Shown in pieces: positions 39,618 to 49,452 of a DNA stretch of 64,000 nucleotides. The first letter of the stretch is position 1. Every line of letters starts with the position of its first letter. The position numbers and the translations under genes are program-made. Origin of the DNA: an uncultured candidate division Zixibacteria bacterium (GTDB lineage Bacteria > Zixibacteria > MSB-5A5 > RBG-16-43-9); contig OY970208.1 in assembly GCA_963713865.1 (NCBI GenBank), forward strand, positions 544,001-608,000. Reading direction: 5' to 3'. A model generated the notes under the pieces. The model worked only from the letters and a program-made list of their open reading frames with translations, had not been told where the DNA came from and did not search any database.

Positions 39618-42134
39618 ATGAAAAAAGCAATTATTTCGGTGCTTGCTCTTTTCTTATTGAGCACACCACAGATTTTTGCCTCTGGCAAAGCCAGACCGAT
39701 TCAAAATGACCAGAAGGCAAAAGAGAAGATGGTCTTGTTAAAAGCCCGGGATGGGGCTTTAACAAAGTTAAAATCTCAAAGCAAATCGAAAATAGATGTT
39801 CGTTTTGACGAAAAGGGGATTCCTACATTTTTGAAGGGTGAGCTTTCTTTACCCGCTTCTGGGGATAAAAAAGATTTCGCTTTACAATTTCTGGATGGAT
39901 ACAAAGAACTGTTTCTCCTTAAAGATCCCAGAGCTGAACTAAAAGTAAAATCAGTACAAGAGGACAAAGCAGGGAACATACATATAAGATTTGATCAGGC
40001 TTATCAGGGTATTCCAGTTTGGGGTGCTCAGCTTTTAGTCCATTTGCATAAAGACGGGTACATAAAGTCTGTGAATGGTCGTTGGGAACCTACCCCGCAA
40101 ATTGATGTTATACCAACTTTATCCAAGGAGAATGCTTTAAAGATTGCCAAGGACGACTTAAAAAATTTAGACAGTCTCTTAGAGAAGCCTGAAGTTGAGC
40201 TTTTGATTTTCCCCTGGCAAAACGAAACCCATTTAGCCTGGCAGGTAACTTTAATTCCTGACTTAGCCCACGACTGGAAATACTTTGTGGATGCGAAAAC
40301 AGGAACTATTTTGTTAAAATATAATGACGTGAAAGACGATGGGTCTGTTACTGCCTTAGGAGTTATGCTAAACGGGAGCACGGTTAGTTTAAATGCTTAT
40401 ATAATAACGAACACAATTTATCTTATAGATGCTACTAAGTCGATGTATGTTCCGCCAATTGATAGCTTAAAAGGGATAATAGTCACACTTGACGACCATA
40501 ATGATACTACTGGGACTATTCCGCCATCATACATTATTGACCCAAATTCAGATACTGTCTTCAATGACAACAATAATCTTAAAGCTGGAGTCAGTGCTCA
40601 TTATTATGTTGGCAAGGTCTATGACTACTTTTATAACACCTTTGGCAGAAATAGTTGGGATGATAATGGAGGTAGATTAATAAATATAGTTCATTTTAGA
40701 GTCAATTACAATAATGCTTTTTGGAATGGCTCATGTATGGTTTTCGGAGACGGAGATAGCTTAGAATTCTTACCTTTCGCAGGAGCCTTAGATATAACTG
40801 CTCATGAATTAGGTCATGCTGTCACACAAGCAACGGCTGGTTTAATTTATTTGGGTGAATCGGGTGCTCTAAATGAGCACCTTTCAGATGTTTGGGGTGC
40901 AATGGTGGATAGAAAGAATTGGCTAATTGGTGAGGACATCACACTAATGAGCCCTGGATTCGGGAGAGACATGGCAGACCCACACCAAGGGCTTCCAACC
41001 GTCCCAAATCTTCCCTACGCTCAACCTGCCAATATGAGCGAATATGTTGATTATCCTTCTTATGAACCTTATGACAACGGTGGAGTTCATGTAAATATGG
41101 GAATTCCAAACAAGGCCTGTTATCTTTTAGCCACAGCTATAACCAGAGATACCACCGAGCAACTATACTACCAAGCATTGAATTATTATTTGTTTCCGAC
41201 CTCAAGATTTGTTGACCTGAGACGGTATTTGCTTCAAGCGGCTGAAGACCTTTACTCCCTTTCCTCAAATTATAACCATATCATAAGTTCAATCGGGATG
41301 GCTTTCGACTCTGTGGGTGTAATTGATTTTTATAATTATGGCTTGGATATCCTTGCTTACGATGATGGAAATGCATACTACTATTTATATTCGGATGTCA
41401 ATATCTCCCATGCGGTTAGATTTACACCACATGCCCCCTGTAGCTTATTGGCTATTATAGCCCAGTTTTACACAACCGGAAACAATTCATATCTTCACAT
41501 CTGGAAAGATTCTCTGAGGTATGGAATTCCTGGAACTGAGTTGCTCAATTTGAATATAAACCGAACTATTACATCTCCAGATTGGGGATTAATAGACTTG
41601 ACTGGCTTCAATTTACATTTTGATGAAGACTTTTATGTGGGATTCACTGCTACATCTCCTGATTCTTTTCTCTTATCTGACTCTTTGATGGATGTTAATC
41701 ACTATACAGTTTATTATGATAGTGGCTCAGGTTGGTTTTGTGTAAATCCGCCGGGCGATTGGACAACGGTTCTTGGAGATCCTTTAATTCAAGCTATTGT
41801 TAAATATGACTCTTTGCCAACAGATGTAGATGAAGATGCTGTTACTCTTTTGCCAAGCACCTTCAATTTATATCAGAACTTTCCAAATCCTTTTAATCCT
41901 GAGACTGAAATCAGATATAATTTGCCAAAAGGCACTAATATCCAATTAACTGTATATAATCTCTTGGGGCAAAGGATTAGAACCTTGGTGAACGAATACC
42001 AAAATGCTGGACACAAATCTATCCACTGGGATGGTAAAGACGAGAAAGGAATAGAAGTTGCCAGCGGGATATATTTCTATCTCCTTAAAGGAGGGGAATA
42101 TAAGCAAAGCAAAAAAATGATTCTGTTAAGATAG
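39618..42134 (+). CDS. Secreted M4 (thermolysin-like) metallopeptidase with FTP/PepSY propeptide and C-terminal FlgD-Ig/T9SS-like sorting domain
   Basis: NNAFWNG, HELGH, GALNEHLSD, DNGGVHVN; LYQNFPNPFNPET...WDG...ASGIYFY...KKMILLR. Confidence 0.92.
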   Translation: MKKAIISVLALFLLSTPQIFASGKARPIQNDQKAKEKMVLLKARDGALTKLKSQSKSKIDVRFDEKGIPTFLKGELSLPASGDKKDFALQFLDGYKELFLLKDPRAELKVKSVQEDKAGNIHIRFDQAYQGIPVWGAQLLVHLHKDGYIKSVNGRWEPTPQIDVIPTLSKENALKIAKDDLKNLDSLLEKPEVELLIFPWQNETHLAWQVTLIPDLAHDWKYFVDAKTGTILLKYNDVKDDGSVTALGVMLNGSTVSLNAYIITNTIYLIDATKSMYVPPIDSLKGIIVTLDDHNDTTGTIPPSYIIDPNSDTVFNDNNNLKAGVSAHYYVGKVYDYFYNTFGRNSWDDNGGRLINIVHFRVNYNNAFWNGSCMVFGDGDSLEFLPFAGALDITAHELGHAVTQATAGLIYLGESGALNEHLSDVWGAMVDRKNWLIGEDITLMSPGFGRDMADPHQGLPTVPNLPYAQPANMSEYVDYPSYEPYDNGGVHVNMGIPNKACYLLATAITRDTTEQLYYQALNYYLFPTSRFVDLRRYLLQAAEDLYSLSSNYNHIISSIGMAFDSVGVIDFYNYGLDILAYDDGNAYYYLYSDVNISHAVRFTPHAPCSLLAIIAQFYTTGNNSYLHIWKDSLRYGIPGTELLNLNINRTITSPDWGLIDLTGFNLHFDEDFYVGFTATSPDSFLLSDSLMDVNHYTVYYDSGSGWFCVNPPGDWTTVLGDPLIQAIVKYDSLPTDVDEDAVTLLPSTFNLYQNFPNPFNPETEIRYNLPKGTNIQLTVYNLLGQRIRTLVNEYQNAGHKSIHWDGKDEKGIEVASGIYFYLLKGGEYKQSKKMILLR

Positions 42135-42149
42135 ATCCCCCTCCAAAAG

Positions 42150-42203
42150 GACAAAACCAGAGCCATAATCCCCAGAGCAAATGTGGAAATGATCGAGGAC
42201 TAA
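42150..42203 (+). repeat. 54-bp direct repeat, copy 2 (orphan gene 3' end DKTRAIIPRANVEMIED*)
   Basis: Matches 39336-39389. Confidence 0.92.
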
Positions 42204-42656
42204 CCGGATTTCTGGATTATAAAGTCTTCAAGGTTTGAGATTTCAACTTTATCAAACTGCAAACCCACGTTGAGGGCAACGTGGGTATACTTTTTGGGGA
42301 GTGTTAACCTTCAGGTTTACCATAAATAAAACTAAAGTTTTACACTCCAGTATAGAAATCGGTAATCCCGCCTTGCCCCCAAGGTGGGATATTTGACCTG
42401 CCGCCAGTGGAGTTCCAAGCTACGCTAAATAAGTTTTCCAGAAATATCTAAAAAATTCCTTGACTAAAAAAATTAATCCGATAAATTAGAAGGCGAGATG
42501 GAGAACCCTTAAGAGTCTGGAGGTTCTTTCTGACAAAAAGGATTGCTCAAAACAGAAGATCTACTTTGAAGATTTGGGCAATTGATATTTAATTTTAGCC
42601 GCTAATCCATTTTAGAAGATTAGTGGTTTTTGTTTTTAATATCTTAAGGATACTCG

Positions 42657-43862
42657 GTGAGAATAGTTAGAGCAATGAGCAAGAGAAATAAGAGGATAAA
42701 CTGGAATTTAGTTTCACTCCTTTTTATTTTTAGCCTATCTATTTTAAGTCCCGCTTTTGCCCAAGAAGATACCCTTCCCCCCTCTTCACCCACAGATGTT
42801 ATGGCTAAAGATACTCCGAATGATGCGGGAGGGAGTATCACCATAACCTGGAATAAATCTATGGATGATGGTGCTGGAAAAAATAACGTGACCGGATATT
42901 TGATTTATCGTTCTGAAGAGCGGGAGGGAGAATATAAAGAGATTGGACAGGTCGCCAAAGGAAGCAAAGAGTTCACTGACGGCAACACCAAAGATAAAAT
43001 TAACTATTATTACAAGATAAAGGTTATAAATAAATCTGGTCTTTTTTCTTTTTCTGAACCCAGTCTAAGCGCTTTATCTAAAGCTCAATGGTTTTCTTCA
43101 GGGAGAAAAAATACTTTGATTGCTGCACTGATCCTGGGAGGGTTAATACTCTACTTTATAAGTCAGGCCAGAGCAGGAAAAGAGCTGTTCATTAGAAAAA
43201 TTGCCGGCTTGGACGCGGTAGACGATGCGGTTGGTAGGGCCACGGAGATGGGTAAGAAGATCCTGTATATTCCCGGCACCCAGGATATGGATAATGTCCA
43301 GACCATCGCTGGAGTTACTATCCTAAGCCGGGTTGCCAAAATAACTGCAGAATATGAAACACCACTGGAGGTGCCGGTTTCCCGTTCCTTGGTAATGATC
43401 ACCTGTCGGGAAGTGGTCAAAGAAGCATATGCTTCTGCAGGCCGTCCGGATGCCTTTAAAGAGGATATGGTCCATTACCTGACCGATGATCAATTCGGCT
43501 ATGCGGCTGGAATCGATGGCCTGATCTTGAGAGAGAAACCAGCTACCATCTTTTATCAAGGTGCTTTTTATGCAGAATCTTTAATTATGGCTGAAACCGG
43601 AAACTCCATTGGAGCGATTCAAATTGCCGGAACCGCTATGCCAGCTCAAATCCCCTTCTTTTTTGCCTCCTGTGATTACACTTTAATCGGCGAAGAGCTT
43701 TTCGCGGCATCAGCTTATCTTTCCAAAGAGCCAAAACTTCTGGGTAGCCTGAAAGGGCAGGATATTGGCAAAGCCATTATTTTGCTGATGCTGACTGCAG
43801 GGATTCTTTTCATAACCACTGGATTGTGGAGAGGGTTTGATAGTTTGTTTATAGTTCAATAG
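42657..43862 (+). CDS. Module A1: signal peptide + fibronectin type III + TM + DUF6754-like domain
   Basis: DTPNDAGGSITITW...YYYKI (FN3); IRKIAGLDAVDDAVGRATEMG; LIGEELFAASAYLS. Confidence 0.8.
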   Translation: MRIVRAMSKRNKRINWNLVSLLFIFSLSILSPAFAQEDTLPPSSPTDVMAKDTPNDAGGSITITWNKSMDDGAGKNNVTGYLIYRSEEREGEYKEIGQVAKGSKEFTDGNTKDKINYYYKIKVINKSGLFSFSEPSLSALSKAQWFSSGRKNTLIAALILGGLILYFISQARAGKELFIRKIAGLDAVDDAVGRATEMGKKILYIPGTQDMDNVQTIAGVTILSRVAKITAEYETPLEVPVSRSLVMITCREVVKEAYASAGRPDAFKEDMVHYLTDDQFGYAAGIDGLILREKPATIFYQGAFYAESLIMAETGNSIGAIQIAGTAMPAQIPFFFASCDYTLIGEELFAASAYLSKEPKLLGSLKGQDIGKAIILLMLTAGILFITTGLWRGFDSLFIVQ

Positions 43863-43870
43863 GAGAAAAG

Positions 43871-44524
43871 ATGCGAAGAGAAATACCCCTGATTTTGACT
43901 GCAACCGTGGGAATAGTTTATATAATCTCATTTTTCATACCCCATAGACCATTTGGCTCGGTGGAAACACTTTTCTCCGACTGGATTTTAATCATAGCCG
44001 CATTTGCCATCTGGTTAGGGGCATTAAATCTCCTGAGAGTATCGGCTGATAAAATTTACAGGAAAAAAAAGGACTGGTTTTATGCTCTGGTCACCATTTT
44101 AAGCTTTTTTTTGATTGCCATAATTGGGTTTTTCTTTTCCCGGGGCTCTCATTTTCAAGATGTCGGAACCTCTTTCGACTATCTTTATAGAAACGTATAT
44201 AACCCCCTTTCCGCCACTATGTTTGCCATCCTGGCATTTTTTGTCGCCTCAGCTTCTTACCGGGCATTTAGAGCCAGAAGCTGGGAGGCAACCCTGCTTT
44301 TGCTCGCCGCATTTTTTGTAATGTTAGGAAGGGTGCCTATCGGTGATATGATTTCCGGGTTTCTACCGGAAAATATTCGGCTCTCCGCGGTTGCTACTTT
44401 CATTATGAACATTCCTCAGTCTGCTGGACAGAGAGCTATTATGATAGGAATTGGTTTAGGTATTATCTCCACGGCTTTACGTTTAATCCTGGGGATTGAG
44501 AGAACTTATTTAGGTGGGGATTAG
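43871..44524 (+). CDS. Module B1: uncharacterised multi-TM protein
   Basis: About 5-6 TMs; FFVASASYRAFRARS; LGIERTY. Confidence 0.8.
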   Translation: MRREIPLILTATVGIVYIISFFIPHRPFGSVETLFSDWILIIAAFAIWLGALNLLRVSADKIYRKKKDWFYALVTILSFFLIAIIGFFFSRGSHFQDVGTSFDYLYRNVYNPLSATMFAILAFFVASASYRAFRARSWEATLLLLAAFFVMLGRVPIGDMISGFLPENIRLSAVATFIMNIPQSAGQRAIMIGIGLGIISTALRLILGIERTYLGGD

Positions 44525-44540
44525 AAAGAGGAGTAAAAGG

Positions 44541-45383
44541 ATGAATTTTTTTGATAAATTAATGAAGATAGACCGGAGGATAATCTTCCTCTTCGTCGCA
44601 GCTGCTGTGATTTTACCCTTTTTCTTATCTATTCACCAGAAAATTTTAATCTCCCCGGAGGTGCAGGGTTTGTATGATGCTTTTGAAAGTCTGCCCCCCG
44701 GCTCCAAAGTTATGATCTCCTATGACTATGATCCAGCTTCAGCCCCGGAGCTTCAACCTATGGCAGTGACAGCCATGAAATATTGCTTTGCCAAAGGGCT
44801 TAAAGTGATAATCCTGGGCCTTTGGCCCCAGGGCTCTATCCAGGCCAATATGGCTATTGAAAGCGCACTGGAAGATACGATTGTTAAAGAAAAAAATCCT
44901 CAATATGGGAAAGACTGGGTTAATTTAGGATACATGTCAGGAAATGAGCTGGTAATTCAAAGAATGGGAACAGATATACCGGTTACCTTCCCTCGAGATT
45001 ATCAAGGAAATCCAGTGGAAGACCTTCCTCTAATGCAGGGGATTAAAAACTTCTCAAATGTTGATTTCATTTTCAATCTTTCGGCCGGTTATCCCGGAAC
45101 AGTAGAGTGGGTGCAATTTGCCGTAGACAGGTTCCATGCTAAATTGGGGGCGGGGAATACCGCGGTACAAGCCCCGCAGATGTATCCTTATTTGCGGGCA
45201 GGCCAGTTAGTTGGCCTTCTGGGTGGCATGAAGGGAGCATCCGAGTTTGAGAAGTTAACTGACTTTGAAGGCAAGGGAACTAAATTTATGCTCTCTCAGT
45301 CCTTTTCTCATGCCATTATCATAATCTTTATAATCATCGGAAACCTGGCCTATTTTATTTCCCGAGGTATAAAGAAAAAATAG
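44541..45383 (+). CDS. Module C1: TM + alpha/beta domain + TM protein
   Basis: IDRRIIF, DYDP...EL.P, YPYL..GQLVGLLGGMKGA.E. Confidence 0.8.
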   Translation: MNFFDKLMKIDRRIIFLFVAAAVILPFFLSIHQKILISPEVQGLYDAFESLPPGSKVMISYDYDPASAPELQPMAVTAMKYCFAKGLKVIILGLWPQGSIQANMAIESALEDTIVKEKNPQYGKDWVNLGYMSGNELVIQRMGTDIPVTFPRDYQGNPVEDLPLMQGIKNFSNVDFIFNLSAGYPGTVEWVQFAVDRFHAKLGAGNTAVQAPQMYPYLRAGQLVGLLGGMKGASEFEKLTDFEGKGTKFMLSQSFSHAIIIIFIIIGNLAYFISRGIKKK

Positions 45384-45395
45384 CTGGAGGAAAGT

Positions 45396-46052
45396 ATGGA
45401 AACTTTTGGACTTTGGATAGCTGCTCTTCTAACCTTGGGAATAATGTCTTTCCTATACAAGGATAACCCTATATATAAGCTCTGCGAATCTATCTTCATT
45501 GGAATCTCTGCCGGGTACTGGTTTGTCAGCCTTTTCTGGCAGAGTATGTACCCCCGGCTTTACCTGAATATCCGGGGTGCCGTATCTACCCTCTTACATG
45601 AGGGAAGGATCTCTGATGATCGGTGGCTTTACCTGGTGGCTGGGATCCTGGGAGTGATGATGCTTTTGCGCCTTATCCCGAAAATCGGCTGGATTTCCCG
45701 CTGGCCCCTTTCCTTTATAGTGGGTTCAACCGCAGGCCTTTATTTTATCACTTACCTGCAGAGCAATATAATGAACCAGATTCGTAGTACCATTATCCCG
45801 ATTTATGTGCCTGGAAACCTGGGAATCTCCATCTCAAATCTAATAGTTTTTGTGGGAGTTTTCTGCGGCCTGGTTTATTTTTTCTTTTCTCGGGAACATA
45901 AAGGGGCTTTTGGCGGAGCAGCCAAGGTGGGGATCTGGTTTCTAATGATAACCTTTGGCGCTTCCTTCGGGTTCACAGTTATGTCCCGAATGTCCCTGTT
46001 AATTGGTAGAATCGACTTTCTCTTCGGAACCTGGTTAGGCTTGATAAAATGA
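45396..46052 (+). CDS. Module D1: uncharacterised multi-TM protein
   Basis: SFLYKDNP.YK, YFFFSREHKG, FLMITFGASFG. Confidence 0.8.
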   Translation: METFGLWIAALLTLGIMSFLYKDNPIYKLCESIFIGISAGYWFVSLFWQSMYPRLYLNIRGAVSTLLHEGRISDDRWLYLVAGILGVMMLLRLIPKIGWISRWPLSFIVGSTAGLYFITYLQSNIMNQIRSTIIPIYVPGNLGISISNLIVFVGVFCGLVYFFFSREHKGAFGGAAKVGIWFLMITFGASFGFTVMSRMSLLIGRIDFLFGTWLGLIK

Positions 46053-46085
46053 CCCCAAAATTTTTAACTTGACTTTTAGGAGTAA

Positions 46086-47267
46086 ATGAAAATAACAAAA
46101 TATATTCCATTTTTAATTTTACTGATACTTCTCTTCTACGACCTGTCTTCCCCTCAAGAGGCTTTACCTCCTCTTCCTCCAACCGATGTAAGGGTTAAGG
46201 ATGCTCCTAACGATAACGGCACGGCATTAATAATCACCTGGAAACATTCACCGGATAGCAACAGGATCTTAGCTTACGAAATTTTAAGGTCTGATTCTCC
46301 AGAAGGTGAGTTCGTGGTTGTAGGAAAGGCTACTCCCAGTGATACTCTGTATAAAGATAAAGGCGATAAGGAAAAGGAAAGCCCTAACTATTTCCCCAGT
46401 CATAAAAATTACTATTATAAAGTAAGAGCAAGAATAGATAATCTTTATTCTGACTCAAAGGTCTCTTTACCAGCTTATGCTTATCAACAGTGGTACCATA
46501 CCGGTAAAACACCGGTCCTGGTAGCAGTTATAATCTTCACCATCTTAACCATTGTTTTTATAAACATAGCTAAGAAAGGGAAGGAACTTTATGTCCGGCC
46601 CCTGGCTGGAATTATGGCGGTAGATGAGGCAATTGGCAGAGCAACAGAGATGGGAAGACCTATACTTTTTATCTTAGGTTCAGGCACTGCGGCTGATATT
46701 GCTACCATTGCCGGTTTTACTATCTTAAGCCGGATAGCCAAGAAGACCGCGGAATATAAGACAAAGATTATAGTTCCCTGCAATGACCCGATTATTATGG
46801 CGGTTGCCCAAGAAACAGTCAAATCGGCTTATATGGATGCAGGCAGACCAGATGCTTATCAGGAAGAGAATATATTCTTTCTCACCTCTATGCAATTTGC
46901 CTATGCAGCAGGGGTAAATGGGATTATGTTAAGGGAGAAAACCGCCACCAATTTCTATATGGGAATGTTTTATGCGGAGGCATTGATTTTTGCTGAGACC
47001 GGTACGATTGCCGGCTCGATTCAGATATCGGGGACGGACCAGATGTCTCAGCTTCCGTTCTTTGTAGCAGCTACGGACTATACCCTAATCGGTGAGGAAC
47101 TTTACGCAGCAAGTGCCTATCTTGGTAGGGAGCCATTACTTTTGGGAGCACTCAAAGCCCAGGACTGGGCCAAAGTGATACTCTTGGTTTGCTTGATATT
47201 GGGAATTGTCTTTACCAGTTTTCATTTAGATTTCTTCGCTAACCTTTTCAAATATACTTTGGAATAA
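46086..47267 (+). CDS. Module A2: FN3 + DUF6754-like
   Basis: Paralogue of A1 (DAPND...W...YYYKV; AIGRATEMG; LIGEELYAASAYL). Confidence 0.8.
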   Translation: MKITKYIPFLILLILLFYDLSSPQEALPPLPPTDVRVKDAPNDNGTALIITWKHSPDSNRILAYEILRSDSPEGEFVVVGKATPSDTLYKDKGDKEKESPNYFPSHKNYYYKVRARIDNLYSDSKVSLPAYAYQQWYHTGKTPVLVAVIIFTILTIVFINIAKKGKELYVRPLAGIMAVDEAIGRATEMGRPILFILGSGTAADIATIAGFTILSRIAKKTAEYKTKIIVPCNDPIIMAVAQETVKSAYMDAGRPDAYQEENIFFLTSMQFAYAAGVNGIMLREKTATNFYMGMFYAEALIFAETGTIAGSIQISGTDQMSQLPFFVAATDYTLIGEELYAASAYLGREPLLLGALKAQDWAKVILLVCLILGIVFTSFHLDFFANLFKYTLE

Positions 47268-47272
47268 AGAAT

Positions 47273-47923
47273 ATGAGAAGAGAATTGCCTATCTTAGTGG
47301 TTTTGATATCCGGGCTTTTTATGGCGGTGCAGTATTTTGTTCCCAGTGGTCCAGCAGAGTTTGTGCAGGAATATGCTATGGACTGGGTAATAATTATTGG
47401 AGCATTTGCTATGGGTTTGGGATTGTGGAGCTTGACCAAAGTTAATTGGATAAAACTTCAGAGAAGAACGCCCGGCTGGGGATATAATTTAGTAACCATT
47501 TTAGGAATGGTTTTTATGCTGGTGGTGGGACTGATTTGGGATCCAAAATTGGGGCTTTTCCCAGGAGCAAAATCGCAAGTAAGTGGAACCTGGTTTATGA
47601 ACTTTTTTGTTCATGTTTATACTCCTATCCAAGCGGTGATGTTTTCGCTGTTGGCTTTTTATATCGCCTCTGCCGCCTATCGTGCCTTTAGGGCAAGGAC
47701 TATTTTGGCTACTATCCTTTTGGTCACGGCCATAGTTATTATGTTAAGACTGATTCCGTTAGGGTCTATCTCAGGCATAAATCAGTGGTTGGCTAACTGG
47801 ATTCTGATAGTACCGAATATGGCTGCAAAAAGGGCAATCTGGATGGGAGTTGGTTTGGGTATGGTGGCTATGGCCTTGAAAATAGTCTTGGGAATTGAAC
47901 GTTCTTATATGGGCAGAGACTAA
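47273..47923 (+). CDS. Module B2
   Basis: MRRELP, FYIASAAYRAFRAR, LGIERSY. Confidence 0.8.
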   Translation: MRRELPILVVLISGLFMAVQYFVPSGPAEFVQEYAMDWVIIIGAFAMGLGLWSLTKVNWIKLQRRTPGWGYNLVTILGMVFMLVVGLIWDPKLGLFPGAKSQVSGTWFMNFFVHVYTPIQAVMFSLLAFYIASAAYRAFRARTILATILLVTAIVIMLRLIPLGSISGINQWLANWILIVPNMAAKRAIWMGVGLGMVAMALKIVLGIERSYMGRD

Positions 47924-47924
47924 T

Positions 47925-48782
47925 ATGGATTTTTATGACAGACTAATGAATTTGGATCGCAGGTGGGTTTATCTGTTTGTGGCGATTGCGGTGATTTTGC
48001 CGATCCTTTTGCAGGACTTTGGAGTTCCGATAATCATACCCCCATATATCACCCCAGAGACAAAAAGCGTTTACAGTTTTGTAGAAAAGCTGCAAGCTGG
48101 TGATGTACTTTTTTTGGCAATAGATTATGATCCAATGGCTATGGCGGAGTTGCATCCTGTAGCCAGAGCTATATTGAAGCAATGTTTCAAAAAAGATGTT
48201 AAAGTAATTATTTCCGCTTTAAGCCAGAATGGTCCGGGAATGGCAGAACAGCTCATATCCCAAACTGGCCGAGAATACAATAAAGTTAATGGGGTGGATT
48301 ATGTTTACTTGGGTTATAAGCCCTTTCCCGCCATTGTGATTATGGGTATGAGTCAGAACTTTAAACTCTTTTTCCCCAAAGATTATTACGGCAACCCGCT
48401 TGATTCTTTGCCAATGATGACAAAGATAAGAAGTATCAAAGAAACCAAAGGAGTAATTGATGTTGCAGCAGGGAGCGTGGCTGACTATTGGATAAACGAA
48501 GGAGCTGGAAGATATAATTATCCTTTGGCTTTGTGTGTAACCGGGGTTATGGCAGCGGATTATTATCCTTTTTTGAATTCCGGCCAGATATTTGGTCTTA
48601 TAGGAGGAATGAAAGGCGCGGCCGAATATGAGTATTTGGCAGAAAAAGGTGGGTACATGAAAAAAGAAGAGCTTAAGGCTACGCAAGGAATGCCCATACA
48701 GACTTTTGCCCATATTGTAGTCATACTCTTCATTATCATTGGGAATGTTGGGTATTTTATGTCCAAAAGAAAGAAATCTTAA
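47925..48782 (+). CDS. Module C2
   Basis: LDRRWVY, DYDP..AEL.P, YPFLNSGQIFGLIGGMKGAAEYE. Confidence 0.8.
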   Translation: MDFYDRLMNLDRRWVYLFVAIAVILPILLQDFGVPIIIPPYITPETKSVYSFVEKLQAGDVLFLAIDYDPMAMAELHPVARAILKQCFKKDVKVIISALSQNGPGMAEQLISQTGREYNKVNGVDYVYLGYKPFPAIVIMGMSQNFKLFFPKDYYGNPLDSLPMMTKIRSIKETKGVIDVAAGSVADYWINEGAGRYNYPLALCVTGVMAADYYPFLNSGQIFGLIGGMKGAAEYEYLAEKGGYMKKEELKATQGMPIQTFAHIVVILFIIIGNVGYFMSKRKKS

Positions 48783-48792
48783 GGAGACAAAG

Positions 48793-49452
48793 GTGACTTT
48801 GGTTAACTTTATCTGGCTTACCGTTGAAGCTATGCTGGTCCTGTTTACCTTCTCTTTTTTATACAAAGATAATCCGTTTTATAAATTCGCCGAGCATCTG
48901 GTAGTGGGAGTCTCAGCCGGGTATTTTGCAGTCCTCCTTTATTATAGCTCTTTTGTACCAAAGGTCATAGATACCATATTCAAACAGGGCTGGTGGTATT
49001 ACTCTATTCCGGCGATCTTGGGGGTTTTGATGTGGACACGCTTTTCCAAGAAATTCTCATGGATATCACGTTTTTCTATTGCCTTCTACATGGGCATAGG
49101 AACTGGTGCAGCTATACCTTTGACATTGCAAAATTACGTGTTGATACACTTAAGGAAGACCATACAACCGGTCAATTTCACCAGCTTAAATGGCATCTGG
49201 CAGTTTTTGGTGGTGTTATTTGTTTTTTCCACTTTGACCTATTTCTTCTTTTCCCGGGAACACAAAGGTCTATTTGGTGCCTCAGCTAAATTAGGTATCT
49301 GGGTATTGATGATAGCCTTTGGAGCAGGATTTGGCCTTACCGTTATGGGCAGGGTCGCCCTTCTGGCTGAAAGGGTCATATTTTTAAGAGACTACTTCGT
49401 CGGGATGAAATATTATCTCTATCTGTTACTTAAATATGGATTACCATTATGA
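48793..49452 (+). CDS. Module D2
   Basis: AGGAG RBS + GTG; SFLYKDNPFYKFAEH, YFFFSREHKG. Confidence 0.8.
   Translation: MTLVNFIWLTVEAMLVLFTFSFLYKDNPFYKFAEHLVVGVSAGYFAVLLYYSSFVPKVIDTIFKQGWWYYSIPAILGVLMWTRFSKKFSWISRFSIAFYMGIGTGAAIPLTLQNYVLIHLRKTIQPVNFTSLNGIWQFLVVLFVFSTLTYFFFSREHKGLFGASAKLGIWVLMIAFGAGFGLTVMGRVALLAERVIFLRDYFVGMKYYLYLLLKYGLPL

Noticed and set aside
39336-42203. Prophage, IS element or integron cassette
   Set aside because: No integrase or transposase, no terminal inverted repeats, no clear attC structure; reported only as a duplication-flanked insertion
48219-48866. 215-aa antisense ORF and the other short antisense or alternate-frame ORFs in the track
   Set aside because: Shadows of well-supported genes on the opposite strand or frame
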